A program made the translations under genes and the position numbers. This document shows positions 13,401 through 28,400 of a stretch of DNA of 64,000 nucleotides, in pieces. Source of the DNA: Schmidtea polychroa (taxonomy: Eukaryota). The notes under the pieces were generated by a model that made no database searches, was not told the DNA's origin, and saw only the letters and a list, made by a program, of their open reading frames with translations. The first letter of the stretch is position 1; every line of letters starts with the position of its first letter. The DNA lies in contig CM097886.1 in the NCBI GenBank assembly GCA_044892525.1, positions 15,686,001 through 15,750,000 of the forward strand, read 5' to 3'.

Positions 13401-16400
13401 NNNNNNNNNNNNNNNNNNNNNNNNNNNNNNNNNNNNNNNNNNNNNNNNNNNNNNNNNNNNNNNNNNNNNNNNNNNNNNNNNNNNNNNNNNNNNNNNNNNN
13501 NNNNNNNNNNNNNNNNNNNNNNNACTTAATGATGATAAAGGCCATTAAGTCTGCCACGTTTTCTGAAGGCATAAAACAAATATACACTTGAGAAAAGTCT
13601 TCATAGATAAAAGTCATTAAATAAGTCATATAAATGTATAGTGTTCAAGTTTGAAAATGTAACACTCTATTGTGAAAAGGTTACAAAAACGTAACAAACG
13701 TGATCGGGTATACTGACGTTTGTGAGATAGAAATTGAAATGACAGTGATACTTTTTATCATTTTGGTAGTAAGAAACTGACGGCGAGGATATAAATTTCA
13801 TTTCATACAGATTTCGCTGGCTGGATGATTGTGACAGGATAGATGAATAATTTACTTAATTAAATTTATGTGAACATAAAATTTGATATTGAGCCAGGCA
13901 GCTCTTTGAAACTGCTATTAAATCAGGTGTATATATGTTATGGTACTTTTCAAAATCATTCTCATCAGATATATTAACGGAAAGACCTAGATAAGTATCC
14001 AGATTGACCTTGCTGTTGTCGTGTTCTATTAACACATTGAAGAGGGCACTCCTCATCATGGATAAAGCTTTAGTTCCCTACCGTTTTCAGAAAATATACA
14101 ATAAATGAGTAAATATATTTTAACATTTTAAAAAATAAAATAAAAATATCGTAAAAATAAAAATTTAGCAGAAACAAAAATTCGATTTTGGTAATAAATT
14201 ATTATTAATTTATCTTCCAATTTTTGAAAAGGTTGGGAAAGGGATATTTTTGGGATTAGTTTTAATTGTAAGAATTCAATCCACTTAATAGTTTGGGTTG
14301 GAATGGCGATTTAGTCTGTCATTTCGGTTGATCCTTGAACGGAAGGAAAGGCGACTCGAATGTCATTATATTCATAGTCCACAGACTTATTAATTAAATA
14401 TTTCAATCAGTCTGGGAATGAATAAAATTCATGTTTCCCAAGGAACATTAAAATCTACAAGAAGGAACGGTCAAATGTCAAAGTTTTCAATAAATTTATT
14501 AATCCCAGTCTGGTACTTAACATATTAATTGGCACATTTTCGTAGAGAGAATGTCCAGCAAATTTCGTGAATTAATCCATCTGTTCATTAAATTTCCCAA
14601 ATATATCAATGGGACATATATCCAATATTAATGTGCCATAACAAAAATGTTTTACCTGCACAATCTCAGAATTACCGATTTCCTCTCTATTGACTGAATG
14701 TTGGGTTTTAACAACTCCTGTGATCGGATCAATGGCAAATATTTGGGAGAATTTGCCAGCGATTAGATAATATCTGATATCCAAATTTCCAGTAGACGAC
14801 GTTTGTGAATGTGACAATTGCCCAATAATGAATCCGGATTTACTTTGAGGAAGACTGAGATTCATCGAAAGAGAGTTTGATATAAATCTATTGTGAAAGA
14901 TAATAATTATTATAACCGTATTTAGTCGGCGTGATACCTAATTTTAGATTTTGTTTTAATGGACTGAAAAAGAATCGAGAATACTACTGAAACAGATTTC
15001 GGAATCTCTCCCGAATCTCTCACTGTGACATTGAGTTCGTAAGCCGACACTCTCGGAGCTGACACCAAGTGGATTTTGCCAGAATCTCCATTAATCTATA
15101 TAAAAAATACAATGGAGTGATGATATCAATTTTGATTGAGAGATGACTGTTCAGATTGTCTAAATGGCTTCATTAATTAATTTCCTAAAGTGACTCTCGA
15201 GATCTGATAAACCTCAAATATGCGCATGTAGGGCGTTGTCAGAATATATAATTTGTATTATGAAGGACGGAAATAAATACGACAAGATGATTGGCAACAT
15301 TTAATTATCTTTATGGACTAATCTAATTTTTATTATCAGTTTAAATNNNNNNNNNNNNNNNNNNNNNNNNNNNNNNNNNNNNNNNNNNNNNNNNNNNNNN
15401 NNNNNNNNNNNNNNNNNNNNNNNNNNNNNNNNNNNNNNNNNNNNNNNNNNNNNNNNNNNNNNNNNNNNNNNNNNNNNNNNNNNNNNNNNNNNNNNNNNNN
15501 NNNNNNNNNNNNNNNNNNNNNNNNNNNNNNNNNNNNNNNNNNNNNNNNNNNNNNNNNNNNNNNNNNNNNNNNNNNNNGTAGAAGCATTAATTAAATTCAA
15601 AAACAATTAAATGATAATTTAAGCTTTTACTGCGAATAATATATTTAATACAAATGAAATGATTTTTGACTATAAGATAGTCCTTTTCAATTTCATGGAA
15701 TTTAGCTTCTTCTATTTTCTAAAATGCTCTTTGATCTTCTCTTTTATTTCATTTTACTTACTTCTCATTGGTTAAAAATAATAATAAACTTATTTTCTAA
15801 CGAATTTAAAATTAAAAAAATTTTTTTTCAATTAAATATCCTTTAAAATTCAAAACGACTTACTAAGAAAATTTTTTTAATTTTTAAAGCTTCTAAAATT
15901 ATATCATAGAAACCTATTTTAATAAATAATATCTTAAAATATTTATAAAATATAGTTTCCAATAACTATTTATATACACAATTGAAATATTTTTAAAAAT
16001 GTTTCTATTTTGATATTTAAATCCTAATGATCTTATAAAATTATATTTTATCTATTTTTTATATTATTCTGAATTATTATTTTTTAATTTTTAATTTAAT
16101 TTATTTTAAAAGCTATTCTCAAGGTCAAAAACAACAAATCAAATTGATGATTTCATTCATCTCTTCTAAAGGCTTTAAAAATTATTTTCCAAATTCAAAT
16201 TTTTATTTCTTTACAGTTTTTAATTGATTTCTAAAATTTTTAAAAAATTTAAATAATCGACATAATTTTTATTTCAAATATAATTTTGAAATAAACGAAA
16301 TAAAAATTGAATAATGATAAAAGTATNNNNNNNNNNNNNNNNNNNNNNNNNNNNNNNNNNNNNNNNNNNNNNNNNNNNNNNNNNNNNNNNNNNNNNNNNN

Positions 16401-19400
16401 NNNNNNNNNNNNNNNNNNNNNNNNNNNNNNNNNNNNNNNNNNNNNNNNNNNNNNNNNNNNNNNNNNNNNNNNNNNNNNNNNNNNNNNNNNNNNNGTTTTG
16501 TTAAGCTGTTTTTATTAAAAAAATTAACTTAAACGAATTTTTGAGGTTCGTATTCATTGCCGATTATAAATTAAATATTTAAACTCCGACACCTGGAGGA
16601 AAAGATTGTTTTATTTCGTTATTTGACTAATGAAATCAGGTAAATATCAAAGGAGAGTCAAAGCAAATACCCCTCTTCAAATCCCAACGATTAATGTTGC
16701 TTTTTTCTAATAATTTCATAATTAACTAATTCTTTTTGATGGGACGACTGGTAAGAATGAATGAACAAACATTTATGGAATACTTTGTGTTTTTAATACA
16801 TCTTTTGATATTTCGATGCAAATTTCTGTTTGGTACTCGGTTTTCTCAGTGGAATGTTGGCCAGAATAATTTCAACTTTTGGTTGTACATTGTGTAATAA
16901 ATCTAAAGGATATGTCAGTCTTGAAATTTATCCAAATTGAGGTTAATTAACGGAAACATGAAATAACTAAATGCATATCAATAAATCTGTCAAAGAAATA
17001 ATATCCAGTTCGGTTCGACAAGAGACTAATTACGTGTATAATATTCACTGTATATGAATCATACATTTAGATAAGGTTCGACGACACAGTGCTTGCAAAG
17101 AGTTTATAAAGTCCTCAAGACTTACGTTGTCAGATCACTTTCAAGCTCTTGATGTTAAATGCTCTCGCAACCCTCAAACATTTCATTGTCTATAGTAGAC
17201 TCAACAATAATTAATAAATTTACCAACAGAATACAGTTGTTTTATTGTTCATACAAGCTGAATCCAAAGTATAATGTATATAGCAAAATGTCAAAGCTAT
17301 AATAGGAATACGCGATTTTTAGTCTGAATCTTATTCTTCATTATTCTTCATTATATATACGGTATTTCTTTTTAAATGCAAGAAAATGTAACCCAAATAA
17401 TTGTGGGAAATTCACTTAAAACTTTGTTGTCAGAGGAATCGTTAAACGAGGTCAACGTTACACTGTATACTGTGTACCTTAAAGTCATAAGTCCTCCATT
17501 CAGAAAAATTAAAGTGATATGCCTTTTGTTATCAGTTAGCCATCCAAGGTCTTCTTCTTATTAAAAAGGTTATCAACTGAAACTTCAAAAGCTTTTTTTC
17601 TAGCTACATAGAAAAATTAGTTTATTTTGAAATCAAAGGAATATTTAAGGACGAAACTAGAAGCAGTTAAGACTCACTAATTTAGTGGAAATATTTACAA
17701 ATAGACTAATAAAAGTTATTTGAATATTTTGCAGCCGACCGTATAAACTAATGTATATCTGTAAATAGCCAAAACGAAATGGTTTACCATAAAAATTCCA
17801 TCTGGAGAATGATTAATCCGGTAAGTCAATTTAGAATTAAGACCATCGTCTGCGTCTCTTGCCACAATTTGAAATATAGAAGCATTTTCCGTCGTCGGAG
17901 CGGAAATTCTTACAATACTGCTAGAAGGACTCAAAATGTATGGCTCATTATCGTTTTCATCGACTATCCTCACGATTACTGGAAGAACAGTGAATATTTT
18001 TGGGTTGCTAACATGAGTCGCAATAACTTCGACATAAAACTGAAGAGGGGTATTAATAATATTATTTCTTTTTATAAATAAACCTGAATCTGTTTCTCAG
18101 TTTCTCTATCAAACATTCGAAAAGTGATCAACTGGCCTGTAACAGGATTGATAACGAAGTAATTATCCGGTTGCTTAATCGAGTAAACCACCTCTAAATT
18201 CTTTAAACGTTCTATATTAAAAGTAGCTACATGACTTCCAGTTGGAAGGTTTTCCTTTACTGAAAATAGAAAGGAAAATCATTTCAAATCACCAAACAAA
18301 GACTAACTTTCTAGGAATTTTGGGGAGTCCTTGGAAAACAGTGGCCATGAAAATCCAACGCGATTGACAATGATATTGATATAAAATTTTGATGAAATAG
18401 GAAACAGATGTTTCTTGTTGAAAACAAAAATGAGTGGATAATGTACATTCTTTATGTTTCGCTTGTCTTTTAAAAGAATCAACTGCTGAGAATCGTATTG
18501 CAAATGAAGGAATCCATCCGCCGTCGTCGTTGTGTTTGATATGAATAAGCATTTGGCACTAAAATGAGCTCATTAACTCAAACTAATTTTGGAGTCATTT
18601 TATATACAATCAAATAGGATTTTAACCCCTTACTATACTTCTTTGATTAACAAGTTTCAAAAATGTTTATATCATATACCATTACCAGAGTATTGTTACT
18701 TCTCAAAGTTTGAATATACTACAGCCTTTTCATTTGCATACCTATTAAACTGTTCTTAAATAGTATAAAGAGTGTAAAAATATGTAAAACCTTTAGATGA
18801 CAGAAAACGGTATTAAAAAGGCAAAATCAAACTTGCAATGAGCATCTGAAAAAAGGTCATATACCCGATGGAATCAGTAAAAAAAGTAATAGTATGAGTT
18901 TACAGTAATAAGTTACAAAGGAAAATTTTATTTATCCCTGCTCAAATTTTTGAAGAGCACACCGAATAACTTCAATTATTATAAAAATATTAGGACAACA
19001 TCTATGAACTGGAAAATAAAGGTGGATCCCTGCGCAAAATTTTCGAAAGTAATATTGAATAACATCCAGTAATGAGGACCATAATTAAATGAATAAGGAA
19101 GGACAATAATCTAAGAAAGGGATGGATAATGAACAGTGACATAAGACCTCCTATCGGCAGTTCAGGACCCGAAAATTAGAATGCAATGAGGAGTAGTTCA
19201 GTAGTAGAGCTCAACTGCTTATTGATTTTCAGCCACTGTGTATATTACTAACATGGTTGTTGCCATGGGTATGCAGATGGTGTAGAGTAAAATAATCATG
19301 AAGGCGTTTAGGAAAGAGACAATACGAAATCCATAATCAACCATAGAACATTTAAATGACACCCCCCTAAGCACCAACATTATTTTTTCCCAGTACCGAT

Positions 19401-22400
19401 ACTACTATTATTTGGTGAGTATTTTAACTAACGTTTACAATTAAAACAAATAAAATAAAGAATAATATCTGTGAAAACAGGATAACATTCACCCATAGGT
19501 TTCAGGAAATATGTTCAAATCTCCAACAACATATCCAGGTTGAGAGTGATCGGGAATAATGAAAGTTAAATTTCTATTACTTAAGAATTCTTCCGACTTT
19601 GGTTCATCTAAGGGTTTTAACAACGTATCAACAGAACTCGTCATTTTTGGGAAGCCTAAATCTGACACAATAATTCTTATTCTAAAATTTGAGTTATAAA
19701 AGATAACTACTATTTTTCAAAATATTACTTGACATTTTGAGCGCAAGACAGGCTCACTTTGGTGGTAATTAGTCCAGTCCATGAGTCGATATTAATTTGG
19801 TCCTCATTGTCACTTGAGAGTTCAATAGAATAGTTGAATATGGAGTTGAGACCTTTGTCGGGATCGACAGCTTTCACTGTGAATATTTCTGAACCCGACA
19901 ATAAGGGACAGTAAAATATCATCTAAATTAATGATTGTCAGTATTAAAGTCAATCCAAGTAAGTCTATACCTGTTTATGTAGTTTTGGCATGACAATTTC
20001 AGGAGGGTTTCGATTTGACTCAATGAAATTAATTACAATGTAAATAAGAGACGATTTTGAAGGTGAACCTCTGTCCGTTGCTGTAAGCATCACACTAAGT
20101 GGTTCAAAATACGATGTTATTGCTTCTAGACTTTTGACTCGAACAACAAATATATTCCTCGATAGTTTTTCGATATAAAAGCATTGACTATAATGAGGTT
20201 GTTTAAGGAAGACTTCGAATTCACCATTTTTTCCAATATCATCATCTTTTATTAATAATGTTCCCACTTCTGTTCCATAAGTAGCAGTTTGATGTATATA
20301 AAATATATTTGTGCTTATAAGTGTTGGACTGTGATTATTAGCGTCTATTATCCTCACAGAAATCTTGAATAATAATTTATTGAAAAAATATATAATAATA
20401 ATAACAATAATAATACTAAAATTATTGTTTTAAATAATAAATCCTGCTACCAANNNNNNNNNNNNNNNNNNNNNNNNNNNNNNNNNNNNNNNNNNNNNNN
20501 NNNNNNNNNNNNNNNNNNNNNNNNNNNNNNNNNNNNNNNNNNNNNNNNNNNNNNNNNNNNNNNNNNNNNNNNNNNNNNNNNNNNNNNNNNNNNNNNNNNN
20601 NNNNNNNNNNNNNNNNNNNNNNNNNNNNNNNNNNNNNNNNNNNNNNNNNNNNNNNNNNNNNNNNNNNNNNNNNNNNNNNNNNNNNNNNNNNNNNNNNNNN
20701 NNNNNNNNNNNNNNATTAAAAATTGTATAAATAAAACAAATAAAAGATATCGTGACTGAAAGCACAGCGGGAATATTGGGGATTTACTATTATACTGATC
20801 ATATATTTTAATTTTTTCAATAGTTATATTTGCGAACTGTCATAAATGGTGTTGGCTCTGTCAGCGAAAACATTAGATTTGCCAAGCTCCCACTGATGAT
20901 GTTATTAATACTTATATAGTGTAAACATAGACAGAACGAATAAATATATTTATTAAAAACTACCTCTGTCTTTGATAATGAGAGATTTGTAGGAAACGGG
21001 TAAGTTTTTTTTAATTAATTTTTCACGCTCGATTAATATTATCATTTTCCCAATTGCAGTCAGCAATGACGTGACGACAGCGGTGGATTTAGATTAACAT
21101 CAAACAATACAAAATCAACAGAAAATACAAACAAAGTCAGGAGATTTTCAAGTTTCAGCTTCCTCTTTTTTATGTATATTTTATAATTTGTGTTTAAAAC
21201 TAATGAAAGATTTATAAAAGGTAACAAATAGCATCCTTCTTCCAGTAACATAGAATGACTTAGTATGCTAGGAAGTCCATCAGAAATAAGTGATGGGACT
21301 ATAAAGTGAGGCATAATGAAAATAATGTGTATTAAAGAAAAAATATAATTGGTACTAGAGTGGAGGTTATGTACGGACAAATATTATTATCCTATGCATT
21401 GGAAATTATAAAAATAATCATAAAGAATTATTACTTCGACTTCCGTTTCCAAGCTTTTGAATGGTCCGTTGTCGGAAATGACTACAAGAAGATTGATGAT
21501 TCCACTTGGATTGGAATTCCAATTATTCAAGCTAGAAATTATAACCAAGCAACCTGTGGTGGGATTTATACTGAAAGGGTTAGTCATTCCGACAGGTTTC
21601 ACAATCTTCATCCGATACGTAAGATTACCATTTGGAAAGCTGTCGGCATCAGAGCATTTTAGTGGGCATTTCTTTTCACCAAGACTCGATAGATCTTCAA
21701 AGGTAAAATTTGTTTTGGAGTTTTTACAATTTGGTTTATTGTCATTAATGTCGAGAATGTTCAAATGAAGATCCAGTGTTGCAGACCCGATGGGATTAGT
21801 CAATTGAACAGTCACGACGAGATAGCTTATTTCTTCTCTGTCGAATTGTTTATTGAGGAAAATTTGACCGGTTTTCGAGTGGATTGAAATCCAGTCGCTG
21901 TATTGGGACTGAACGATTTGGTATTTGTCACTTACTGAAGGATACTTAGAAAAGACCTGAAAAGAATTAAATAATAAAGATGGTGGATTTTCCAAATAAT
22001 GAGTTTCATTTGAACTACTTATCTTCTTTGAGTATTTGTTTGGCTACTTATTCATGACTACTATAATATACCAAGATTATACGGCATCAGGTAGATGTGA
22101 GCTATTGAGAACAGAAAATAAAGAACCAACATAAAAGGAAAAAATTAAGATTGGGATTTATTAAGACACACATTTTATTTGAATTGAATAAAGTATCAAA
22201 CTTTTCTTTTCTTTTGCTTATATGTTTGATGATTAGGATAACCTTGTCCAAATCCATTATCTATGTACTCGAAGAATTTTTTCAGTCTTTATACTAGGAA
22301 CTTGAGCTTGGTTGAACATAAAAATGTAATTCAATTCTGTACAATCACTTTCAATAATTGGGAAACGTCTCCTCTTTATAGGTAAAATATCATTACCACT

Positions 22401-25400
22401 ATCTTCATAATCGGTGATAAACCCAGGGGACGCTCTAGTTGAAAAGATTATTATTTTTTTTTTATCTTATAAATGGTATTGTAAATATTGAAGAAAAGAT
22501 AATATGACTTATACCTTTTCCTATCATACAAATATAACTTACATATAGGATATGGTAATCATCATAAAAAGAAAATAAAGGACCAACTTAAGAATTTTTC
22601 TTGAAAAATTACTAAATAAGCGTGAAAATTTAAATAGCATAATCCTAATAAAATAAAATTCTTCATTAGTGATACAAAAATATATAATATTAGAGGTATA
22701 CAACCTGTACCTGCATTATTTCTATCCCCATTGTTGTGTTCTCCCAAATATTTACCAACAAATTAGAAAAGTCAAATCCTGGTTGATGGATGCCATCTTC
22801 AATATAAATAATGACCTTTTTACCAATAAATTAATACAAATTATGAAAGAATTTTACTTGAGCAAATGATGTCTGACTTTTTGGGGCTTTCGCGTAGACT
22901 TGAAACGCGATGGTTTTATTCAACATGGAACCCAAATCGTTTCCATATATTACTCCCGTAACACCATCGATGGAGAAATGAGAATAATAATTTTTCATAT
23001 CAAATAGGTAATAGGATACTAAATGAAAATCATATATTACTAGAAAGAAAATATTGTACTTGATTCTGTGTAAGATGAGTCCATGGATACTTGACCGATT
23101 TTAACTGATTTTCCCATGATTTCTGACTTAGTCAAAATGAATTGATAAAGAGATTGAGCAAAAAACAGTTTTTGGAAGTTTATTGTAACAATTGTCAAAG
23201 GCGATATATTAGGGTGCTTCTTTATCACTGATTTCACAATAAGTCTGATTGGGTTTTTGTGTATAGGAAAGTTTTTCATCAAAATTTCCCCTTTNNNNNN
23301 NNNNNNNNNNNNNNNNNNNNNNNNNNNNNNNNNNNNNNNNNNNNNNNNNNNNNNNNNNNNNNNNNNNNNNNNNNNNNNNNNNNNNNNNNNNNNNNNNNNN
23401 NNNNNNNNNNNNNNNNNNNNNNNNNNNNNNNNNNNNNNNNNNNNNNNNNNNNNNNNNNNNNNNNNNNNNNNNNNNNNNNNNNNNNNNNNNNNNNNNNNNN
23501 NNNNNNNNNNNNNNNNNNNNNNNNNNNNNNNNNNNNTCTTCAAATGTCGACTGTTCAAATTAACATAACAGAAAATATATGATGTTGTCATGCTCGAATG
23601 AATTATTACCTGACTGATTGTCTACGACTATTGCTCTAGTTGACAACTCTTCTGACATGAGATGATATTGAATGAAGCCAAGAAATTGGGCTGGAGGTAA
23701 ATTACTAAATGTTCCTACGATTTTTCCAATCGGAACAGAGAAGTTGAATTTCGGACTATCAATTATTGGAAGAGTTATCTTGATTTCTGTTGGAAGAACG
23801 TTGAAAACCTGTGAAGGTTGAATTGCAAACAGAACAACAGAAACTGCAGATGAGTTGGCTAAAAAATGAAATTGGTTCATTGTAAATTTGTGACGGTTTA
23901 AAATATGAAAAAGTCTAAAGAAACTTAAAACCTGAAATTATTAGAAATTTAAAGAAAAATTTAATTCCTTAAAGTTTTAAAAGTTTAACCGTAAAAGATC
24001 GAATTTATCAAAAATTATTTTAAAAATAAAATTAAAACTTAAAAATTTTAAATTTTAAATCCAAATCAAGTTCTTTCAATTTTTCAAATTTGCATTTTTA
24101 CTACAGCTCTGTTAGGTGATATCGATAGTATTGTCTCATATATTTGTTTTAATATTAAAGTTGGAAGATTTTTTAGTTATTAATATGATGAATCCAATAC
24201 TATTGAAACAGACTAAAATAAAGTGAGAAGATATTGGATTGTATTGGATTACGACCCAAATTAAATAAAATAAAAAGATAATTCATAATCGTAAAACTCG
24301 GGAGGAAATATTTTCAAGCAAGTTAAGGGTGAGACTTCCGTACCTACTATATAGGGAACATGATTTAATAAAGGTTGTAGTTTGTTCTATAAGGGATATC
24401 GTTACAAACGTTTGGTAACCGATTTAGAATTTCCACATATTTCTCTGCTAAAAAATCAAAGATTTAAAAAGCAAATTGAAAACTCAGTCTGAAATCTTTG
24501 ATTGAATAACACCTTAAATTTGAATCCTTTTGTTAATTTCTAGCCAAACAATAAGGTAAGTAGTTGATAAATATTTTAGAGAATTTCCCGTGATTTGATA
24601 TGAAACACGTACAAACACACTAACTTATTGAGAGCTCTAGGAGATTTCCCCATTGATAATATACTGCCCTTCGTTGCATTTGGTAATTCACTTATTCATA
24701 TATATATTTTTATTTTTATTAACCCTCTAATATTTTTGAAAGACATCCATGGAAACAAGATCAAATCTACTTGTAAATTCCATAGAATATGGAAATAATC
24801 AAATTGATGGTTGTCACTCAATTATTACTCAATTATTATCACTCACTGATTATTTTTTCCATTTTATCTATTAAAAAGAGCTTGAAGACTATAAATCAGT
24901 AATATATCAAAAACATCGATATATTACTGATTTATAGTCNNNNNNNNNNNNNNNNNNNNNNNNNNNNNNNNNNNNNNNNNNNNNNNNNNNNNNNNNNNNN
25001 NNNNNNNNNNNNNNNNNNNNNNNNNNNNNNNNNNNNNNNNNNNNNNNNNNNNNNNNNNNNNNNNNNNNNNNNNNNNNNNNNNNNNNNNNNNNNNNNNNNN
25101 NNNNNNNNNNNNNNNNNNNNNNNNNNNNNNNNNNNNNNNNNNNNNNNNNNNNNNNNNNNNNNNNNNNNNNNNNNNNNNNNNNNNNNNNNNNNNNNNNNNN
25201 NNNNNNNNNNNNNNNNNNNNNNNNNNNNNNNNNACCTTTTATTTCTTAAAAAAATTGACTATGAATCAGTAAAAATATTAAAAGAACATCGATATCTTTA
25301 CTGATTCATAGTAAAATATTTTTAATAAATACAATGTCAATTGAAAAGAAATCAGAGTTGAAAAATAGAAAAAGTCCTTTTAATATTAACACATTTTAAA

Positions 25401-28400
25401 TTTGAAAATTTTACAAATGAAATAGAGATTTTAAAATAATAATGGAAAACCAATGAGAAAAACTATACAAATTATACAATATATGGTACACGGTATTTCG
25501 GCAGAGCCTTTATCAAGTGTGTACACTGAATTTAATAACAGATCAAAAGTGAAACTAAAAGATAAGTATTATACAAATTAGTTTAAAAAATTTGGAAACT
25601 TAATTTCAAAATAATTATTTAGGAATATTGAAATTTGTTTTCTGTGAGAAATTATTGGCATCGAATAGGAGTAAGTTTCAAATCAGAATGTCTATTTAAT
25701 TAATATTGAATTAGCAATTCAGTTAACTATTTTACATTTTGTATTAAATAAATTTTACATCTGGTTTAGTTATTACTAGCTGGGCTACAAGGCGTTACCC
25801 AGGCACATAAGTCGTATAGTAAATTGCTATATTTTATTAAATGCATTTGAATTTTCAAAAGTAATTATACATAAACATATATTACATCTTATAAGCATGT
25901 GAAAATTAAAAACTCAAAATATTAATAATTTAAAATGATTATATTAATAATATATAAAATTTATTACAATATAATGATTTTAAAATGATTCAGGGTTTTG
26001 TCTCTATGATAATAAAGAACTAATTTTTTTATATCTATAGATGATAATAGTGAACAGGTAGACAGATACAGTTTTATACATTGCAAGGCTTGATGCTTAA
26101 TGTTAATGTAATGCAATAAAAGTATTTGCAGAAGGATTAGACAAAAAATAAGATACTACATTACCGGATTTTTTTAATGGTCACCCACGTTAGTGCTGAT
26201 CTGAATTGAACAGACTTAACCTAAAAATTTAAATGGGGGAAAGTTATTTTTTTGTAATAATAACGATTTATAAGGATTTTTATTATGGATTCAATTTAAA
26301 AATTACCGTATTTAGAAATTGTAACAAACATATATACATACATACATTCACAATTATATATAAGATGAAAGAAGTATTTAAATGTTATTGAAACTAATTT
26401 ATATCAATTTCAACAATAGAATCTTCAAAGTAAGATATTTAAAAAAGAAATTATGTTTTAAAATTATAATGAAATGAAAAAATAAGAGAATTTTATGATT
26501 TAAAAAAATTGAAAATGGAAATACTTTACACATTGCAGTAATTATTATTATTATATTATAACATAGAGTGACTATGTGATAACATTAAACAGGATTTGTT
26601 TAAATGCGTTTAAAACCACTAATTATCTGTATGATATGCGGAAATACTGTTGACAATCTATTAATCACACGTCATTCAATGCCATTTCTTGTGCTACCTT
26701 GCAATAAAGCTCATCAGATTTATCCTTTACAGCATCTTTATAGCACCCTATCCTTTATAGCACTCTATTCTAGAAAAACCTCAACATATTGAAAATAAGC
26801 TGTCGTCATTTTATCTTTCCATTAATATAATTGGGTCTTAGATTAAACTCGTTATTCTATACAACCTATACTCATTCACCAACTTCATTTTCTCATTCCT
26901 TTCTTTCTTTGTATCCAAAAAATAAATCGAGTTATAGTAGACATTGTTGGCTTTATCAACATTCTGTGAACATGAACTTTAGAGACCTAACACAAGGTGT
27001 CCATACGTGGAGATAAATATAAATACAATTTCTCCTTGATACAATGTACTCATGAGAATCATAATTTTCCGTTAAGATAGCACCTTAATTATTGATTTTT
27101 AACTTAAAATAATAATTCCTTTTACAATATGACTACGAAATAATGATTTAGCCACCCCTGCCGCCGATTATCCACCCCCAACTGTTGCCATTTTCTCACA
27201 ACATATTGATTTTTGCATCTCTCATTGAAGAAACATATTTTTTTTCAAATTTAAATTTGTGATATTCTTTCATAAAGATGAGCTTACAACTCTAATGACG
27301 CGAAACCGGCCTAAATAAATACAAGGTACCATAAAGTGGTTCTGTGAAGAAAAAAAAACGTCAAACTGATATCAACATAATAATCAAAGTATCTCATCTC
27401 AATTGAAATGTGAAGAATGAACAGAGTGATAATAAAAGGTGTTTGGCCATAGCTCTTAAGTGCCAATTGTTAGAAAATGATTGTCAGGGCATACACGGTG
27501 ATTGACAATGAAAATTGGGTTGAAATTTTTGAGCAAAGAAGCAGCAATAAATATTGAAAGAGAAAATCTATTAAAAGTAAAAGTGACTCATTTAGCAGAA
27601 CATGCATAAGTAATTAAGTTGGAAAATCTATGGATAAATATGCTCCCATCTACAATCGCTCTGATTGGTTGATCGGGTCTGAGATAATTATATTTGGAAA
27701 TTTTCCGCCGAGAATCTTTCGATTTTTTTTTCTTTTCAGATACGATTTTTTATCGAAATTGAATTATCTTACATAGAAATTCGTTCTTAATTTGATTTCG
27801 TTAATTTTCAGGACATTCTTTTCGAGATTCAAATTGACTTTACTATTGGTCGTCTGATATTGCCTTTCTGTGTAGTTCTTGCTTGAAGGTGAAATGAAAG
27901 TAATCGTTGGTTTGAGGCAAAGGGAGTTAGCTTTGGGGTGTTCGTTTATTGAAGGAATATAATACAATGATATTAAGATTTACTGATATCGTTGTTATTT
28001 TCAATTCCTGTTATATTTGGTATTACAGCTCGGTGAGAGGGAATTTTTAAATAATTTCGTAACACAAAATTGTCGGAGTTTGCTAATGTCCGGTGAGTGC
28101 TTGGTATGCCAAAATAAGGAAACTTAAAAAAGTTAATTTTAGTTTAATTATACTTTTAATAATTACTCATTTCATAGGAGAATGGGGCTTTATCAATTCC
28201 TTCAACAGCAATATCATTTTTGTTAATACATTTAACATGTTTTATGGGTAGGAAAATATGTATAATATAATTTTTAAGATATTTTTAAAAAGAAAATAAG
28301 ACATCCCATGTCAAAGAATAACGTAAGGGAAAATTTTCAGAAGAGGAAGGTAGAGTAGAATCATTAGATGGTTTATAAATTTTTAATTAACTTTATTTAA

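Noticed and set aside
21060-21380. 106-aa hydrophobic minus-strand ORF as an alternative TM exon
   Set aside because: No motif support; composition explained by AT richness.
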